The notes under the pieces were generated by a model that had not been told where the DNA came from, searched no databases, and worked only from the letters and a program-made list of their open reading frames with translations. 64,000 nt of DNA from Lama glama (lineage: Eukaryota), in NCBI GenBank assembly GCA_028534125.1, contig CM052817.1, forward strand, positions 26,228,001-26,292,000. The letters run 5' to 3'. Shown here in pieces: positions 39,301 through 53,910 of this stretch. A program made the translations under genes and the position numbers. Position 1 is the stretch's first letter. Each line of letters starts with the position of its first letter.

Positions 39301-40959
39301 AGACACTGAAGATTAAAAGTAAAACAATCTTTCTATAGGATAATATGGAAATGCATAATACAGTTATAATGCATTAAGTGTTGATGATACGGGAAAACAT
39401 TAAGTAGAATGAAGAAAATGGCATGTTTGTATCAACTTATTAAAAAATTGGCATATAATCAAGTAAATAGAATATTCATAAAATTATGTATCAAAATGTT
39501 AATAGTGACTTTCTTTTCATTTTTACTTTCTAAAGTTTCAGCTTTTTGCAATGAACTTATTACATATTTTTTTTAAATCAGAAGAAAATCCACAGGCAAA
39601 ACAAAAAATTTAAGGAAAGATACTTGTCATACATTTAATGCAATACTATTTAACAGATTATAAGGTCACTGATACCATATGCAATGGCGACAAAGGGTCC
39701 TCTTATACTAACGGGAGGCTAGACATTAAGAGCAATACCCTAGACCCCAGGTCATGCACCTCAACCAAAAAACGGGAACATATGCTAGTCAGTATAAGTT
39801 TAATTTGATATTTATGAATATGCCACATTTCTCTCCATGCAGATTTAGAATTATGAGTGGCATTTTCATGCCCAAATAGCCTCCTTGACTGAGCAGTGTC
39901 TTTCAAACCCATTTACCAGAGTAATAGTTCTTGTAAGTAACACTAGTAGGTAACAAAGGAAGATACCATGTTGATCAAATTGTTGTTAAGTGTATTATTA
40001 ATTAGCCTAATGAAATGATGATACATAAGTCAACTTTAACCTTTCTAGTGTGCTATAATCTAGTGATGTCATCAGGGTTATTACTGAGGTCTGCAGTGTT
40101 GTGCTTCTCTGCTTTTCAGTGATTCTCTCGTTCCTTCCCCATTAGTCTTAAGAACAAGAGGTTTTATTCCTTGTGTCCAAAGTTAACTCTTCCACTGCTT
40201 CTTTTGGGATAGAATTCCTTAAAGAATAAATCTTTACCTTAAAAAATTGTATAGGTTTTCATACCTTGAAGGACTCACAAATAAATTTATCCTACTCTGT
40301 CAATGATTTTTTCTATAATATACAAATATAAAGATTATCATTTCTAGAGTATAAACTCCTTAAGAGAGTAAGGACAGTCTGTGGTAATTCTTTCACATTA
40401 GCCAGTACAGTGCTGCAATGAAAACAACATACAATAAATATTGAATTATTTCTCAAATTTAAATTACTGGCTCACAAATTTAAAGTCATGAGTTCTCTTG
40501 GTATTATTACCCTGTGAGGAAAAACTGGTTTGATTTGGAAATACTCTGAACTATTTACATATACACCTTGAAAGTGTGATTCAATAGCTTTCAGCAATGT
40601 GTTCTTCCTCCAAAAGACATGTCCCACATTTCATGTCTAAATATAAGCTCAGCACAATGTTGATCCTAAGGCAATCCCTTTAAGACGCCAAAGTGAAAAT
40701 ATCAAAGTGTATTTCATTCTTAAGAGGAGAGGGGAAGTAATCTAGAGGGAGTGATAAGAGCAACATGGCAACAAATAAATATTAAGCACACTACTTGATT
40801 ATCCAATTCTTGGGTGGAATATGAAGGTAGTAGCTTACTGAATTTATAACCCAGTTAGAAAAAGATGAACCTACAATAATTAGGAAGATATATTAATCAC
40901 AAGTTCTAAATTCTGTGGTAATTTTTGCTTATTAATATTAGTATCTAAAAATCATATTC

Positions 40960-41373
40960 TTTTTGAAAATTATTTTATTTTTATTGAAGTACAGTCAGTT
41001 TACAACGTTGTGTCAATTTCTGGTATATAGCATGTTTCAGTCATATGTATACATACATATTAGTTTTCATATGGGTTTATTATGGGTTACTACAAGATAT
41101 TGAATCTAGTTCCCTGTGCTATACAGTATAAACTTGTTTATCTATTTTATATACAATAATTAGTATCTGCAAATCTTGAACTCCCAATTTATCCCTTCCC
41201 AACCCTTCCCCACTGGTAACCATAAGTTTGTTTTCTGTATCTGTGAGTCTGTTTCTATTTTGTAAAAAAGTTCATTTGTGCCTTTTTTAAGATTCCACAT
41301 GTAAGTGATATCATATGGTATTTTCCTTTTTCTTTCTGGCTTACTTTACTTAGAATGATGATCTCCAGGTCCA
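40960..41373 (-). mobile_element. L1 3' fragment
   Basis: ORF 41255-41467 (MDLEIIILSKVSQKEKGKYHMISLTCG is the ORF2 C-terminus) plus 3'UTR. Confidence 0.85.
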
Positions 41374-41602
41374 TTAAAATAATTTTCTTCAAACAAAGTT
41401 TCAACTTGTTCTTCTGCCCATATTCTAATGGTAGGGGAGAGTGTGAAGCAGAGAAAAGATGAAACAAAGGATATAGAATAGTAGTTTCTAAATAAGAGTC
41501 GTCTTTCCTTTCTTCTGTCTTCCTGAGTGAAAGGGAAAAATGATCCTATGACTCCCACACTTAGAAAAGTTCTCTGTTTACCAATAGAAAAAACATACTC
41601 AC

Positions 41603-41763
41603 GATCGTATCTGGGGTAGGTCTGTTTCTATTTTGTGGCCTGTATTTCTAAAAATTTGTATAGCAGCTTCTGCTACCTTGTCATCTTCCATTCTGAGGCA
41701 CTGTAACAGGGACTCATATGTCTCTGCAGAGTGGAACGAGGTAGGATGTGTGAAAGACAGAAC
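41603..41763 (-). CDS. PDS5A: PDS5A exon, 161 nt: [53 protein letters not shown](S)
   Basis: AG / GTGAGT, phase 0 to 2. Confidence 0.96.
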
Positions 41764-43449
41764 CTAGAGGAATAGATATAGCTTTAGAAGTACAGACAAT
41801 AGTTTAAATCCATTAAAAGAAAAGAATTATTTTCTACTATAAATAAAAATTTAAATTATGGGCTGCATATGCCAGCAACACAGAATAAAGATGGTATCCA
41901 CAGCCTCCCTTGTGGTTAGTTGTGGCTAATGAGACACTAGCAGAAATACTGTGCAATAGATTGCTGATGTAAAAACAGCCCTTGCCCTATTTTCTTCTTC
42001 ACCTCGTAGTCTATTCTAATACTGGGAATGTGGGAAATGTGGCTCCTTTTTTATGGAGTGTGATATCGTGATGTGAACAAAATACTAACATAGAGCTTTA
42101 TTTCACTGGCAAAAAGATTCTGTATAAGAAAATATTTTAAGTGAAATTCATCATAAAAATTTCACTCATTATAATAAACAAAAAGCCATTATTGTAAACT
42201 TTTAATCATGCTTACAAACATAATTATTCCCCTTATTTATTATGACATAAGTTCCAGCCTATCCTTAAGGAATTTACAGCAAGTTAGATGCAACATGTCT
42301 ACAAAGTTTACCTTCAATGAGGAAGAAACAACTTGACTGCCCTTATTAGGGCTAAAAGCAGAGAAACAAAGACAGGGAAGTAAGAGTATGTACTCCTCAT
42401 TTACTTTTTCAATAAGATTTATTTAATTGGTTATAAAGAGAAGAGAGTGTCTCATTTGGTAAGGTTTACAATGATAATATTTAGATATGAGGTTTTATTT
42501 ACAGGAAAATGTAGAATTAAACTTGAAAAGCTGAATCAAAAAACCTATTAAAAATGTTTGCCTTAAAGATGATTTCACTCTTAAAACTATTTAAACATAT
42601 AACCCTATTACTAAAAATTAAAATCTTTCTCATGAAGCATCATATCAATTCTTTCCATGAAATGATATTTAGACCATTCCAATACAATCCCATCACTCGC
42701 TTTTTTTGTCTAATGTTCATTGCACTAGTTTGTCTCTACTTCCGTAGTTCTTGTGTTGTCTTAATGATCTGTCTCTCTGCCTTCAACAACTTCTCCTCTT
42801 TACTCCATCTACTGAAAGCTTTACCAAGTGCTGCATCATATTAAAAACCAGGTTAACTGTCCTTGATAGTAAGTACCTTTCTACCCCAGTGGCACACCAC
42901 AATCTGGAACCAACTTTGTCTCCTGGTATTTCCCAAAGCAATACTTCTCTCTAGTCAGGCTAGACTCCCAACAATCCCTAAAACATGCCAAGAATTATTC
43001 TCTTTGATGATGCTCTGTTCCCCCTAGATTAAGTTGAATCTCTTACTAACTGATCAATTCTCTGCATTCTATTATGATTATCAATTGTTTAAAAAATCCC
43101 CGATCACATAGATGCTGTCATATTAATTTCTGTGAGCAGTCCTTCTACCCCAGATGCAGGTCCTCTGAAAGGTAAGACTAGATCATTAAGCACATGCTAT
43201 TACAATCATGGCAGGCATGCAAATGATGAACAAAATAGCAAAACCCAAAAAACATTATTATCTTATAATGTAAAATAATTACATTATTATAATGTAGAAA
43301 ACATGTTATTTTTATAAAATATGATTTCCACTACAAATTTTAACCTTTTGAATAGTTTCCAATGAAATAAAGCCTGACTGATGCATATCCTTAAAGGAAT
43401 TCAAATCATCACTGAGGAAATGTGTGGAGACAAATTGTTTAAAAAATAC

Positions 43450-43555
43450 CTTAAGAAGTTCAAGTCCTGAACGAATAGCTGTATCTGGACTTACACCCTC
43501 CTCTTCATCATCTGCTGTCCCCTCTATTGATTTATTCATCAGTTTTACCAGTGCA
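43450..43555 (-). CDS. PDS5A: PDS5A exon, 106 nt: [35 protein letters not shown]
   Basis: Overlaps ORF 43312-43539; AG / GTATTT, phase 2 to 0. Confidence 0.96.
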
Positions 43556-44574
43556 CTATTAAAATAAGAAAATCTAAATTAGTAACACCTCTAGAATAGT
43601 AACTGCATCCTAATTGCATTGTGGCAGACATATGTAGAACCTAAACATCAAATTCAAGTATTTTCTGAGAGAAAAAGTTATTTTGTGACTTTTTAAATTT
43701 TGCTCTACACATGACAGCTGCACTTATTTTTTAGTTTGTTTGCCCCTTCAACTCAATGTATAATAATAGTAATTCTACGGAAAAACAAAACTAAAATTAA
43801 ATCATACACATACTAAAATATATTTTGTAAGTATAAGCAAGGTAATATTCATTCCCATATAGAGATCATTTGCAATTTTAAGAATAATAAGATGGTAGTT
43901 GCTTAATGGACAAATGACAATCCACTCAAAGCAAAAAACAATTAATAAACACACACATGGACAAAGGCATTAAATTAATCACTCGCAATTAATTTATCAA
44001 ATCAGTAATTCTGTTCCTAGAAATTTATAACAAAGAAATTTATAGCAATTCATAAGAAGTACCAGGCTATATTCATAAACAGATTCATCAATTAAAAATT
44101 ATTTAAGTGTCCACCATTACTGAATTAGTTTTTCAAACATACCTAGCAAAATGAAGTATTACCTGATCAATAAAAATCAGACTATGTAGCAATATGATAT
44201 TATTTAAGTAAAAACAACTGTAATTTTTGGTTTTGAGACTTCATTTCTTCATCAAGAAATTGAAGAAAATATTACTTTATTTTGAGGACATTAAATTATT
44301 ATAGCAAATGGCCTAGTACAGGCAAATATTCAACAAATGGATCATAATCATAAAAGTTTTAGGTTAAATTTTTTCCCTTGGTGTTATACATATTTAAGTC
44401 AATAAAATTTTTAAAGTATAAAATACATGTTAAGATGCAGATGCTGAAATTTAAACCACTGTTAGCATTTTCATTTCCCCTTTTACATCACAACAATTTA
44501 AAAGCTTCATCAATATCTTCAATTGATGCAAAAACTTAAAAAAAAAACCAAATTGGATGTTAGTGTATGAATAT

Positions 44575-46180
44575 TAACTTATAATACAACTTACATACCA
44601 TACAATTCACCTATTTTAAATGTGTAAGTCAGTAGTTTTTTAGTATAGTCATAGGGCTGTACAACCATTACCACAATCTAAAATTAGCTTTCCCCTCACC
44701 CCAAAACAAACCTCTTCCCCATTAGGAATCATTTCTTATTCACCCCCACCTCCTCTATCCCTAGGCATCTGCTAATTTACTTTCTGCTGCTATATACATT
44801 TACGTATTCTGAATATCTCATATAAATGGAACCATACAATACGTGATCTTTCAAAAGTCCACTTCTGAAAGAAAAGTGGGCTCCTTTCTCTTAGCAAACT
44901 GTTCTCGAGGTTCATCCATGTTGTAGTATGTAACAGGACTTCATTGTTTTAATTCTGAACAATGTTCCAGTGTATGCACATAGGACAGTTTGGATTGTTT
45001 CTACTTTTTTAGCTACTGTGAATAATATTGCCATGAACATTCATACACAGGTTTTGTATGGGCATATATTTAGGAGTGTAATTACAAGTTCATATAGTAA
45101 CTTTGTGGCACCATATACCACTTTTGGAGGAACTGCCAAACTGTTTTACAAAACAGCTCCACCATTTTACATTCCCACTAGCAATACATGAGGGTTCCAG
45201 TTTTTCTACATCCCTGCCAACTTGTCTTTTCGATTATAGCCATTCTAGCAGGTGTAAAGTGGTGTCTCACTGTGGAGATATATACATAAAACATTCTCGT
45301 CTCCACAAAAACTTGCCTTATTCCTCTTCTGTGGTCAATTCCCTTTCCCAACTTGGCAATCACTGATGTGGTTTCTGTCACTATAATTTTACCTTTTCTA
45401 AAATTTTGTATACTTTATATATTTGCAACTGACAACTTTCATGTGACAATGCTTTTGAGATTCCTCCATGTAGTTGTATAGAATCAGTGGTTCATTCTTT
45501 CCTACTTCTGAATATTCTGTTGTATAGGTACACAACAATATGTTTATCCAATTACCAACTGATGGACTTCTAGGTCTTTCCACTTTAAAGATGTAAATAA
45601 AGCTGCTACAGGCAGTTAAATATTAGTCTTTATGGGAAGTATGTTTTCTTTTCTTACAGGTAAATGTCTAGTATTGGGATTCCTGAGTTGTTCGGTGATA
45701 TATGTACATTTAATGTTACAACAAACTGCTTTCAACATCACCAACACATGGTTAAGTCAGTCTACATCCTTACCAACACTGTGTATAGTCACTATCTTAA
45801 ATTTTAGCCACCTAGTAAGTGTGTAGTGGTATTTCTTATTGTAATTTGAATTTGCATTTCCCTAATAAGTAATAATGTTGATTGTCTTTTATTGTGCTTA
45901 TTTACTATTTGTATATTTTACTTGGTAAAGTATCTGTTAACATTTTTTGCTCATTTTAAAACTGGTCTTAATATTGAGTAGTAAGAGTTCTTTTAATATT
46001 CTGGATATAATTCTTTATCAGATATGTTTTGCAAATATTTTCTGATTCTGTGGTCTGACTTTTCTGTTTCTTAATGGTGTCTTGCAAAGAGGAAAAAAAT
46101 AATTTTCTGTCACTGTGCTTTTTATGTCTCATCTAAGAAATCTTGCTTACCCTATATTTTGTTCTAGAAGTGTAACCTCT
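44575..46180 (-). mobile_element. Old L1 fragments (L1MB/MC-like), probably two pieces
   Basis: Antisense L1M motifs; ORF 45178-45381 (HHFTPARMAII) resembles ORF2 C-terminus. Confidence 0.75.
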
Positions 46181-46999
46181 TACATTATATCTTACATCTT
46201 ACAATATATATATATATATTTAAAGTTATTCCCAATTTGAAAAAAATATTCTAAATTAAGCTTTCTGTTAGAAGGAAATCCTATAAAAACCATGAATTTA
46301 CTAACAAGATTATAAATGTTTGATAAAATTTACAAATGTATCTGACCACTTGTGATAGAAGTCAGTGCACACATTTATTTATTCAGTATTTACTGACTAC
46401 CTATTGTTTGCTAAGTCTTAGGGTTTATCCTGGAAATATAGTGCAAAACAAGACAGGCATAATCTCTGCTTTCATTACAATGCAGGTGGGGTCACCACTA
46501 TGAGTCAAAACACTATCTGAGAAAAGACCCAAATACTGAAGCCAGAACTGTAGTCTTCTCTCTTGTGAAAGTATTTTCCTTCATTTCTAAATTAGATAAG
46601 TAATATGCATTCCATATACTTCATGGGATATCATGAAGCAAAAGATTATCACCCATCTAAAACTGCTTGGGACGTCTTCTTTGGTAAGGGACATCTTTCT
46701 CTCCTATTCTGTATAAGAACTGTTTCAAATCTTTACCATTCTAACTTAGGTCTATTTTTTAAATTCTTACACTGAGCAGATTACCTCACTTTTAACCTAA
46801 TGGAGAATAACGGAGGCTTTGAGTAAAAACTGTAATTTTCTATACCTTATCTTCTTACCTCCTCGAATTTATATCTATCATTTTTTCATGTCATTGGGGA
46901 AGATTTCATTCCTCCTGTTCTGTTTCTTTAGGGATATTGTTCTGTCATAGTTCTGTTCCTTTTAGCCCATCTTCAACCTCTCTTCTTTTAATACCTTTT

Positions 47000-47587
47000 T
47001 TTAGCCTTTAATCACTTACTGCGATGTTAAACCAGAAGCCAAATAGGAAAAATCAACTGGTTTCCCGACTATCCCATTTATGCCCACAGAAGAGCATTAG
47101 GTAAGGGGCAGGTGGACCAGCTAAGACCTGGGATTCTTTCCCTGCTGAGGGAGTCCCAAACAAGGGTTTATGCCCTTTTATGGAACTGAGAGAAGGGAGA
47201 GGAGAAGGGTCAGGAGTGGAAAAGTACTCAGTCAGAGATGAGAAGATATTTTCATAGCTTCTACTTTCCTCCTCCTGATAAGGAGATCTTGGCAGAGACA
47301 CCTGGGAAAAGCCTTGGCTCAAGACCCCCTAACCCCAATATACTCATAAGGAGGCCTCAAATGGAGGCATCTGGGTTCAGAACACAGCCATATGCAAGGC
47401 CATGGACTGTAAGCTCCCGAGTTCTTGACTGCAACTTCTTTCAGAGAATGCAGTGCATTGCCTGTGTACAAAGTTTGGTGCATGGGGGGCAGTTTTCCCC
47501 AATGAGGCCTTCCAGATAAAGTCTTTGTAACTGACTAGGGTTGAGCTTGAAAAATCACACACAGGATTTGGCCTGAACTCAAGACTC
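47000..47587 (-). mobile_element. LTR-like (U3-R-like) sequence inserted as a poly(A)-tailed retrocopy
   Basis: 13-bp TSD tttaatacctttt at 46987-46999 and 47588-47600; short A tail preceded by ATTAAA on minus strand; TATA-like cataaaag. Confidence 0.6.
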
Positions 47588-48529
47588 TTTAATACCTTTT
47601 AAAGGTATTTAAATATTCAAAATTCCTTCATTAAAAACAACAAAAAAAGACCCTTCTTCAAACTTAATCTCTGCATCATCTCATTTTTCTCCTTTGCTTT
47701 TTATAGCTAAACTGTTTATACTGGTTCCCCCAGATAAATGGGGAACATTTACCTCCTATAGCTGTTTAGAGGTATGACAGGGTATATAGCCCTTTGGTTT
47801 TCTCAGACCTCAAGGTGGCCAGGTGGGATACAGTGGACTCCTACTGAGCTAGGCCAGTCACCTCTAGGCTTGAACAGTTTTCTCTGCTCAATATTTCCTT
47901 TGTGTACACATGATGTGGATGTGGAAGGACTATCTTATGCCCTTCTCAATCGATGGTAATCTAATTCACCCTTGCTAACCAAAGAAACTATTCTGGGCAT
48001 TGTGTTGTTTTTCTATTTTCTAAATTCAATGGATACTTTTTTAGGACTTATTTCACTCTTGGTAGCATCTGACCCCTGACCTTTTAGTCCCTCTTTGGCT
48101 TCTGTGATACCACTTTCCTGATTTTCTACTTTTGACCATGCCTCCATTAAAACATTTTTCAAATTTAATAAATTCCTTATCTTTTGCCAGCTTCTTAACT
48201 GCTAATTATCTGCAGGATTCAGTCCTCAACCTTTTTCCTTTTAAATTGTACACTCTCTCCAGGTTTAAATCATTACTACAATCACTACTTCACTTTCAAC
48301 CACTATCTACAGACCAATAACTAACTGTAGTATGCATATGTATATTTGTATGGACATAAGTCTGAGGGAAATATACCAAAATAAATAAATAAATTTAAAA
48401 ATGGTTGTATTTATAATGATTTTCTACTATTTCCAATCCTTTCTTCCCAAATCTTTCATTATGGTTGAAGTACATGCAATTTTCTAAATACCTACTGATT
48501 CCTTTTGCCTTTGTTCTTTTATGTCTGCT

Positions 48530-48730
48530 AGAATAGCTACTAACACTCATTCAGCACTTACTGTGTGTGAGGCATTATGCTAAGTGTTTTACATATTCAT
48601 GTGTTATTTCAGCCTCTCAACAACTCCACTGAGTAGTAATTACTATTATTGTTCTTATTTTAAAGATGAGAAAATTAAAGCTCAGAGTAGTTTAAATAAC
48701 TTACCCAGTGCCATGGGGCTAGTGGCCTGG
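48530..48730 (-). mobile_element. MIR
   Basis: agcacttactgtgtgtgaggcatt...aagatgagaaaattaaagctcagag. Confidence 0.7.
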
Positions 48731-49469
48731 TCTGCTCTTGCCCTACAATCTTCACCTTGCCAATCTACTAAAATTCCTACTGATCTTTCACTACCCATAT
48801 TGTATACCATCTATTTCAGGAACCTTCCCTAATAACAAACTTATCTCACAGTCTGGGTTAGGTAACTCTCCTTCCCCAGTTACCCAATGTACTTTACAAA
48901 TTGCTCCATTAAATGTAATGTTAAATAAATCATCAAGGCTTTTATCTGCAATTTATATTCCATGAGTATTTGTTACATGGAAGGAGTATTATGACATATT
49001 TCCCAGAAAAATTAATGGGAATTTTGCATAAATTTAGTCTCTTTGAAATCCTAACCACAAGTTGTTTTCTCTGAATCCAAACAACCATGAAGCTATCGAA
49101 AAAAAATTGGGTTTTTGGTCTTTTAAGATTGTAGATCAAACACTAGCTTATTATAATTTACTAAAGTAATGAAACCCTGTGAGGCCTCATGGAGACAAAT
49201 AGCAGAGGTTTCCTGATGCCATTATACGTCTCTTTCAAAGTCAATATGCAAAGGTAAGAGTGCTCAAGTCTGTCATTTCCTTGATTTATCCCATTAAAAT
49301 CAAATGGTATAGAGCAAAGAATCTGTTTAAGTTATTATAGTTTTTTGTCATCACCCAGCTGTGGAACATACCACTTAGTCTCTCTGAAACTTAGTTTTCT
49401 TATTTGCAAATAAGGAAATAAAAGGATAAGGAAATCTTAGTTAAAAAACCCCCCAAACCCCACATTACC

Positions 49470-49832
49470 ATTATGAACTAAATTATGTACTCCCTAAATT
49501 TATATGCTGAAATCCTAGCCTCCATATCTCAGAATGTGACTATATTTGGAAATAGGGCCTTTAAAGAGATAATTAAGGTAAACTGAGGTCAAATGTGTGG
49601 GTGATAATCCTAAATAACTGTTGTCCATATATGAAGAGGAGATTACGACACAGATGTGTAAGGAAAGCAAGGAGGAGGTTATCTGCACGCTATGAGAGAG
49701 GTTTCAGGAGAAATCAAACTTGCTGATACCTTGATCTTGGACTGCTAGCCTCCAGAATGTGAGAAAATAAATTTCTGTTGTTTTAGTCACACAGTCTATG
49801 ACATTTTGTTATGGCAGCCGTAGCAAATGAAA
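49470..49832 (+). mobile_element. MaLR solo LTR (MLT1A/B-like)
   Basis: cagaatgtgactatatttggaaatagggcctttaaagagataattaagg...ttggactgctagcctccagaatgtgagaaaataaatttctgttg...ttgttatggcagcc. Confidence 0.85.
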
Positions 49833-50425
49833 AGAATTGGTATTTCAATATAACCAAAGCAGTGATTCACATAAGATGAAAGAACTAAATACCTAGAACC
49901 AGGTCTCCTAATCCAAGGCTGTTTGAAAAGAGTCAATAAATGCTATTTAGTAATCTAACGTGAAAAGAAAGATATATAGCTACTCTACTGGAAAAATGCT
50001 TAGGGCAAGGGAAAAGTATTCACACAAGTTTACAATGGGAAATCATTAGAAACAACTGAAATGTATGAAATTATGGGAACAGTTAAGAACAATAGCTGTC
50101 ACTGTTTGTTATGCTAGGCTACTTACTTTTTATATATTTATCACTAATCCACAATCATCCAACAAGGAGACGTTATACCCACATTAAAGTTAAAAATAAA
50201 TTAAAAACTCATAAATTAGAGAACTTTCCCCAAAGCCACTAAGCTGGTAAGTAACAGACATATATTTTGAAAGCAGATTAGTCTAATGGCAATCTTGCGC
50301 TCCTTTCAAAATACTATTCTGCAGAGAACCTTTTTAGGTCTCCTTAGGGACCTAGAATTTAAATTTACAACACTGTAGTTTCAGACTATAGTCTTATTTT
50401 TGAGTGAATATATTTCCTAGCTTAC

Positions 50426-50541
50426 CTTATGGCTTCTGAATCAATGTGCACAGGTGCAATTCTTTCCAACAGAAATTTGACCATCTCTAGAAAAGGATTT
50501 GTTGGCTGCTTAGGATTTGCAAGTTTCCGAGCTATTTCTCT
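50426..50541 (-). CDS. PDS5A: PDS5A exon, 116 nt: [38 protein letters not shown](S)
   Basis: AG / GTAAGC boundaries, phase 0 to 2. Confidence 0.96.
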
Positions 50542-53500
50542 CTATAGGAAGGAAAGAGTTTTACCATTAAGTCTGATTCTCTTTCATGTTTTTCCAAATA
50601 AAGATGACTGTGAGCATCAAAAGCATTTAAAGATTCAAAACCATCAGATGTTAAAAAAAACACAAAAAAACAAAAAAACTTTTTTCTGCTTTACACCCTG
50701 GCTAAAATTATATACTGATCAGGGAATCACTACAAAACCTGGACTTGAGAGAAGAGAAAGGGGGGTGACATGGTATGACTTATGCCTTTTATCTCGTATT
50801 TCTCCCATGAAATTACTGCTTAGTAAACAATCTCTTTAACGCACTACTTTTGAAAAATTAAAAAACAACTTGTACTTTCATGGGTACGTTATATTGGTTT
50901 ACTTCTTAATTTGAAAAAGAACTGTGTTTTATTTATGTCAACAATTTGTTTTTTTAAAGAGAAGAGAATTCATTCATAAATTTATAAAGTTTCTGAGTTC
51001 TAGAAGAACATAATTCAAAGATGGTGGGATTATATCAAAGAGCTCTTACAAAGAAAAGACATTACAGCTGGAAGTTTGCAAAGAATATAAGGACTTAATG
51101 ATTACAGAGATGGATTCCACCAAAGACAAGATTAAATTTACAATGTGCTGGGCACTGGGAAAGAAATTTACTTTAATAACAAGGCTTTTAATTCACTATC
51201 TCTGATGAGTAAATGTAAATGTTAGCTGAGAAGATAATGCATATTAAAACGTCCTCCAAACTATAAAGCAGTAATAAATGACAGTCACTCTATTAATAAG
51301 TATTTTTTTCATAAAAAAAATCTAATGATATTTTTCCAGGGGGATAAAGGAAAAAAAATTTCTAGTTTCAGTGACGTCTTGACACAAATTAATTATAAGG
51401 GTCATACTAAATTAGATATGATCCATATTTGTTATTAGAGTGTAAATCCGACGGAATAGATTCTGAAAAAAACTTTTTAGTCATTAAGAGATGCCTGATT
51501 TATTTTGTAAGGTGCAATTAACTGGGCAAAACTTCAGCATTTGGGAAAATAATATTTTAATCAGTGCTCAGTCTTTATATAGTTTGCTCTAAGTCACACA
51601 CACACACATATTTAAAATTTGAACTTAAAGACTATATTATCTTTTGAAATCAATTTTTCTTTTGTGCAGGTCTCCCAAAGAGGTGATTTTCCCCCGCTCT
51701 GTATTGAATTTAATTGCTTTAACAAAGTCAGTGACTGTCTAACAACAAATACACCATTGGAAAATTGCTAGACAAACTATATATAAGTAATAACAAATGG
51801 AAAAGCATTAGGGAAGACAGTTATGATACTACCTAGTCCTATATATGGTACTATATAAGTATAGAAAAATAAAAAAGGAAATGCTAAAGGGAAAAAGAAA
51901 AATTCACATTTAAACACAGTAATAGCACTATATAAAATATACCACTGTATATAAACAATAATATTAGACAGTTTTAAAAACCTGGTGTTTCTGTAATCCC
52001 ACATAACAATCTTACATTTAGGTAACCCTTCATAATCACATTTTATATATGTTATATTTAGATAATCTCTCATAACAACTATTTAATATGACATGTGTCA
52101 TAATCTTAAGTGATACTGGGGATAAGCAGCAAGCCAAATTAGTTTGTGGCAGGTAATAGCAGCAAATAAACAGTTTCCTGTTTTCTTTACACATTCAAGA
52201 AAAAAAATAAGGATACTCACACATACTGTGTATCCCAGTGTTTGTCATGTATATGTAATACCATAGAATTACTATTTATTTACATCTTAAAGGGCAGTGC
52301 AGGGGGCCCTCTATTAGGCCATATATAAAATTTCATTTGATCTTATTCATTTAACAATCCTATGACACTGACAATATTTAGAGATGAAGAAAATGAGGCT
52401 CAAAAATAGTGAGCAACTTACTAAAGGTCACACTGATAGTAACTGTTACAGCTGAAATTCAAACCTAGGACTGCCTCAAATGCTGAATTAACAACCTTCA
52501 GGGAAAATCCTAAAATTTGGGAACAATTATCATAGGAAGGTTCTAGAGGATAAAATAACAAGCAGAGCTGAAGCTATGGTAAATAAGTGGTCCTTTTCTA
52601 GAACCAAGGTGTGGAAACTCAAAACTGGAAGTCTAAAGAAAAAGCAAATCTATATAGCACAGATCTCAATACCATTGCTCACCCTCTCACTATAGCATCA
52701 TGCATAGTCATTTTACTCCACAGTATGTATCTATTCATATTTCTTGTTTAAAGTATTTTTGCTAAAAATGTTCAGGATTGGAACTGAGGCAAAGGGAGAA
52801 AACTATCAGAATCTCCATTCTTACTAAGTAATGTTCACCTCTTAAGAAGTAGGAAGCTACTGTCATTTAGAAAAGAGGTGATGGTAAATACACCTTAGTA
52901 GGAGACAGAGAAGGGACTCCCAAAGATGGAATAAAAGCCACAAAAAATGACAGAAACTAATTTTATGTTTATATATTTCTTCTCCTTCAGAATGAAACTA
53001 TTAGGTAAAAAGGAATGTGGATATTAAAGCATACGTTAACTAATATCAAAAGCCCTTGCAGAAAAGGACAAAATGATACAGATGTTCTGAAAAAGAGCAA
53101 AAACTATTCTAACAGTGGTTGTTTTCCTGAGCATTTAAGGCTATTGTTAAGTCCTACTTTACACAAGAGAATACATAGATTAAAAAATGTGCTTAGAATA
53201 CACAATGTTATGAGCTAAGAGAGAAATGACTGTGAAACTATTTACCATAGAAAATGAAGTTAAAAATGTGAAGAGTAGAAATTTTTTCTTCTAGAACAGA
53301 GTTCTATTAGCCATTTTGTGGCCCATTACTTAAACATCCTCAGAATAACCTCCCCTCCAAAAAGGTACCATTATCATGCTCTTTCCAGTGCAAGCACAGT
53401 CAGTCCTCATCTCTACTTTCCTGGTTCCTAAAATCAGGAGCACTGATTGGCTGCATTGCATGACTGCAGTATTCATCCTGAGGTGTTCTGGTTACAACAT

Positions 53501-53739
53501 CTGTTTTGCATATACTTTTTGGATTTGGAAACTCTTAGATATTTCTGGTCTGGCAAATAGCAGGAATTCACATTACTGCCATTTTTCAAACTTAAGCCCA
53601 AGTCCTACTTTTTTCTCAGACCAAATAATACCACTTGATTGTTTGTTCTCAAGGTCCATATTTCTTGAGCAGTACTCTAGCAATACAGTATAGCTTGTGC
53701 TGGTTCTTGCAAACAATGATGGAATGTATAGAAAGAACA

Positions 53740-53910
53740 CTATCGTGGGTCTATGAGATCTGGACTCTACCTGCAGCTCAGCCACTATAACTAGCTGTGA
53801 AACACTGAATGAGAAACTTCAGCTCCTTAAAATTCAATTTCCTTATCTGTAAAATAAAGCGGTTAAATCAATTATCTCTAGGGTATTTTCAAGCTATTTC
53901 ATTCTATGAT
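53740..53910 (+). mobile_element. MIR (MIR3-like)
   Basis: actagctgtgaaacactg...caatttccttatctgtaaaat...attctatgat. Confidence 0.55.

Noticed and set aside
50429..50839. 136-aa + strand ORF
   Set aside because: Antisense to a PDS5A exon plus intron, with no recognisable protein features.
51985..52080. Imperfect short repeats (cataac/cataat...acattt..tagRtaa)
   Set aside because: Degenerate local duplication with no repeat-spacer periodicity; not CRISPR-like.
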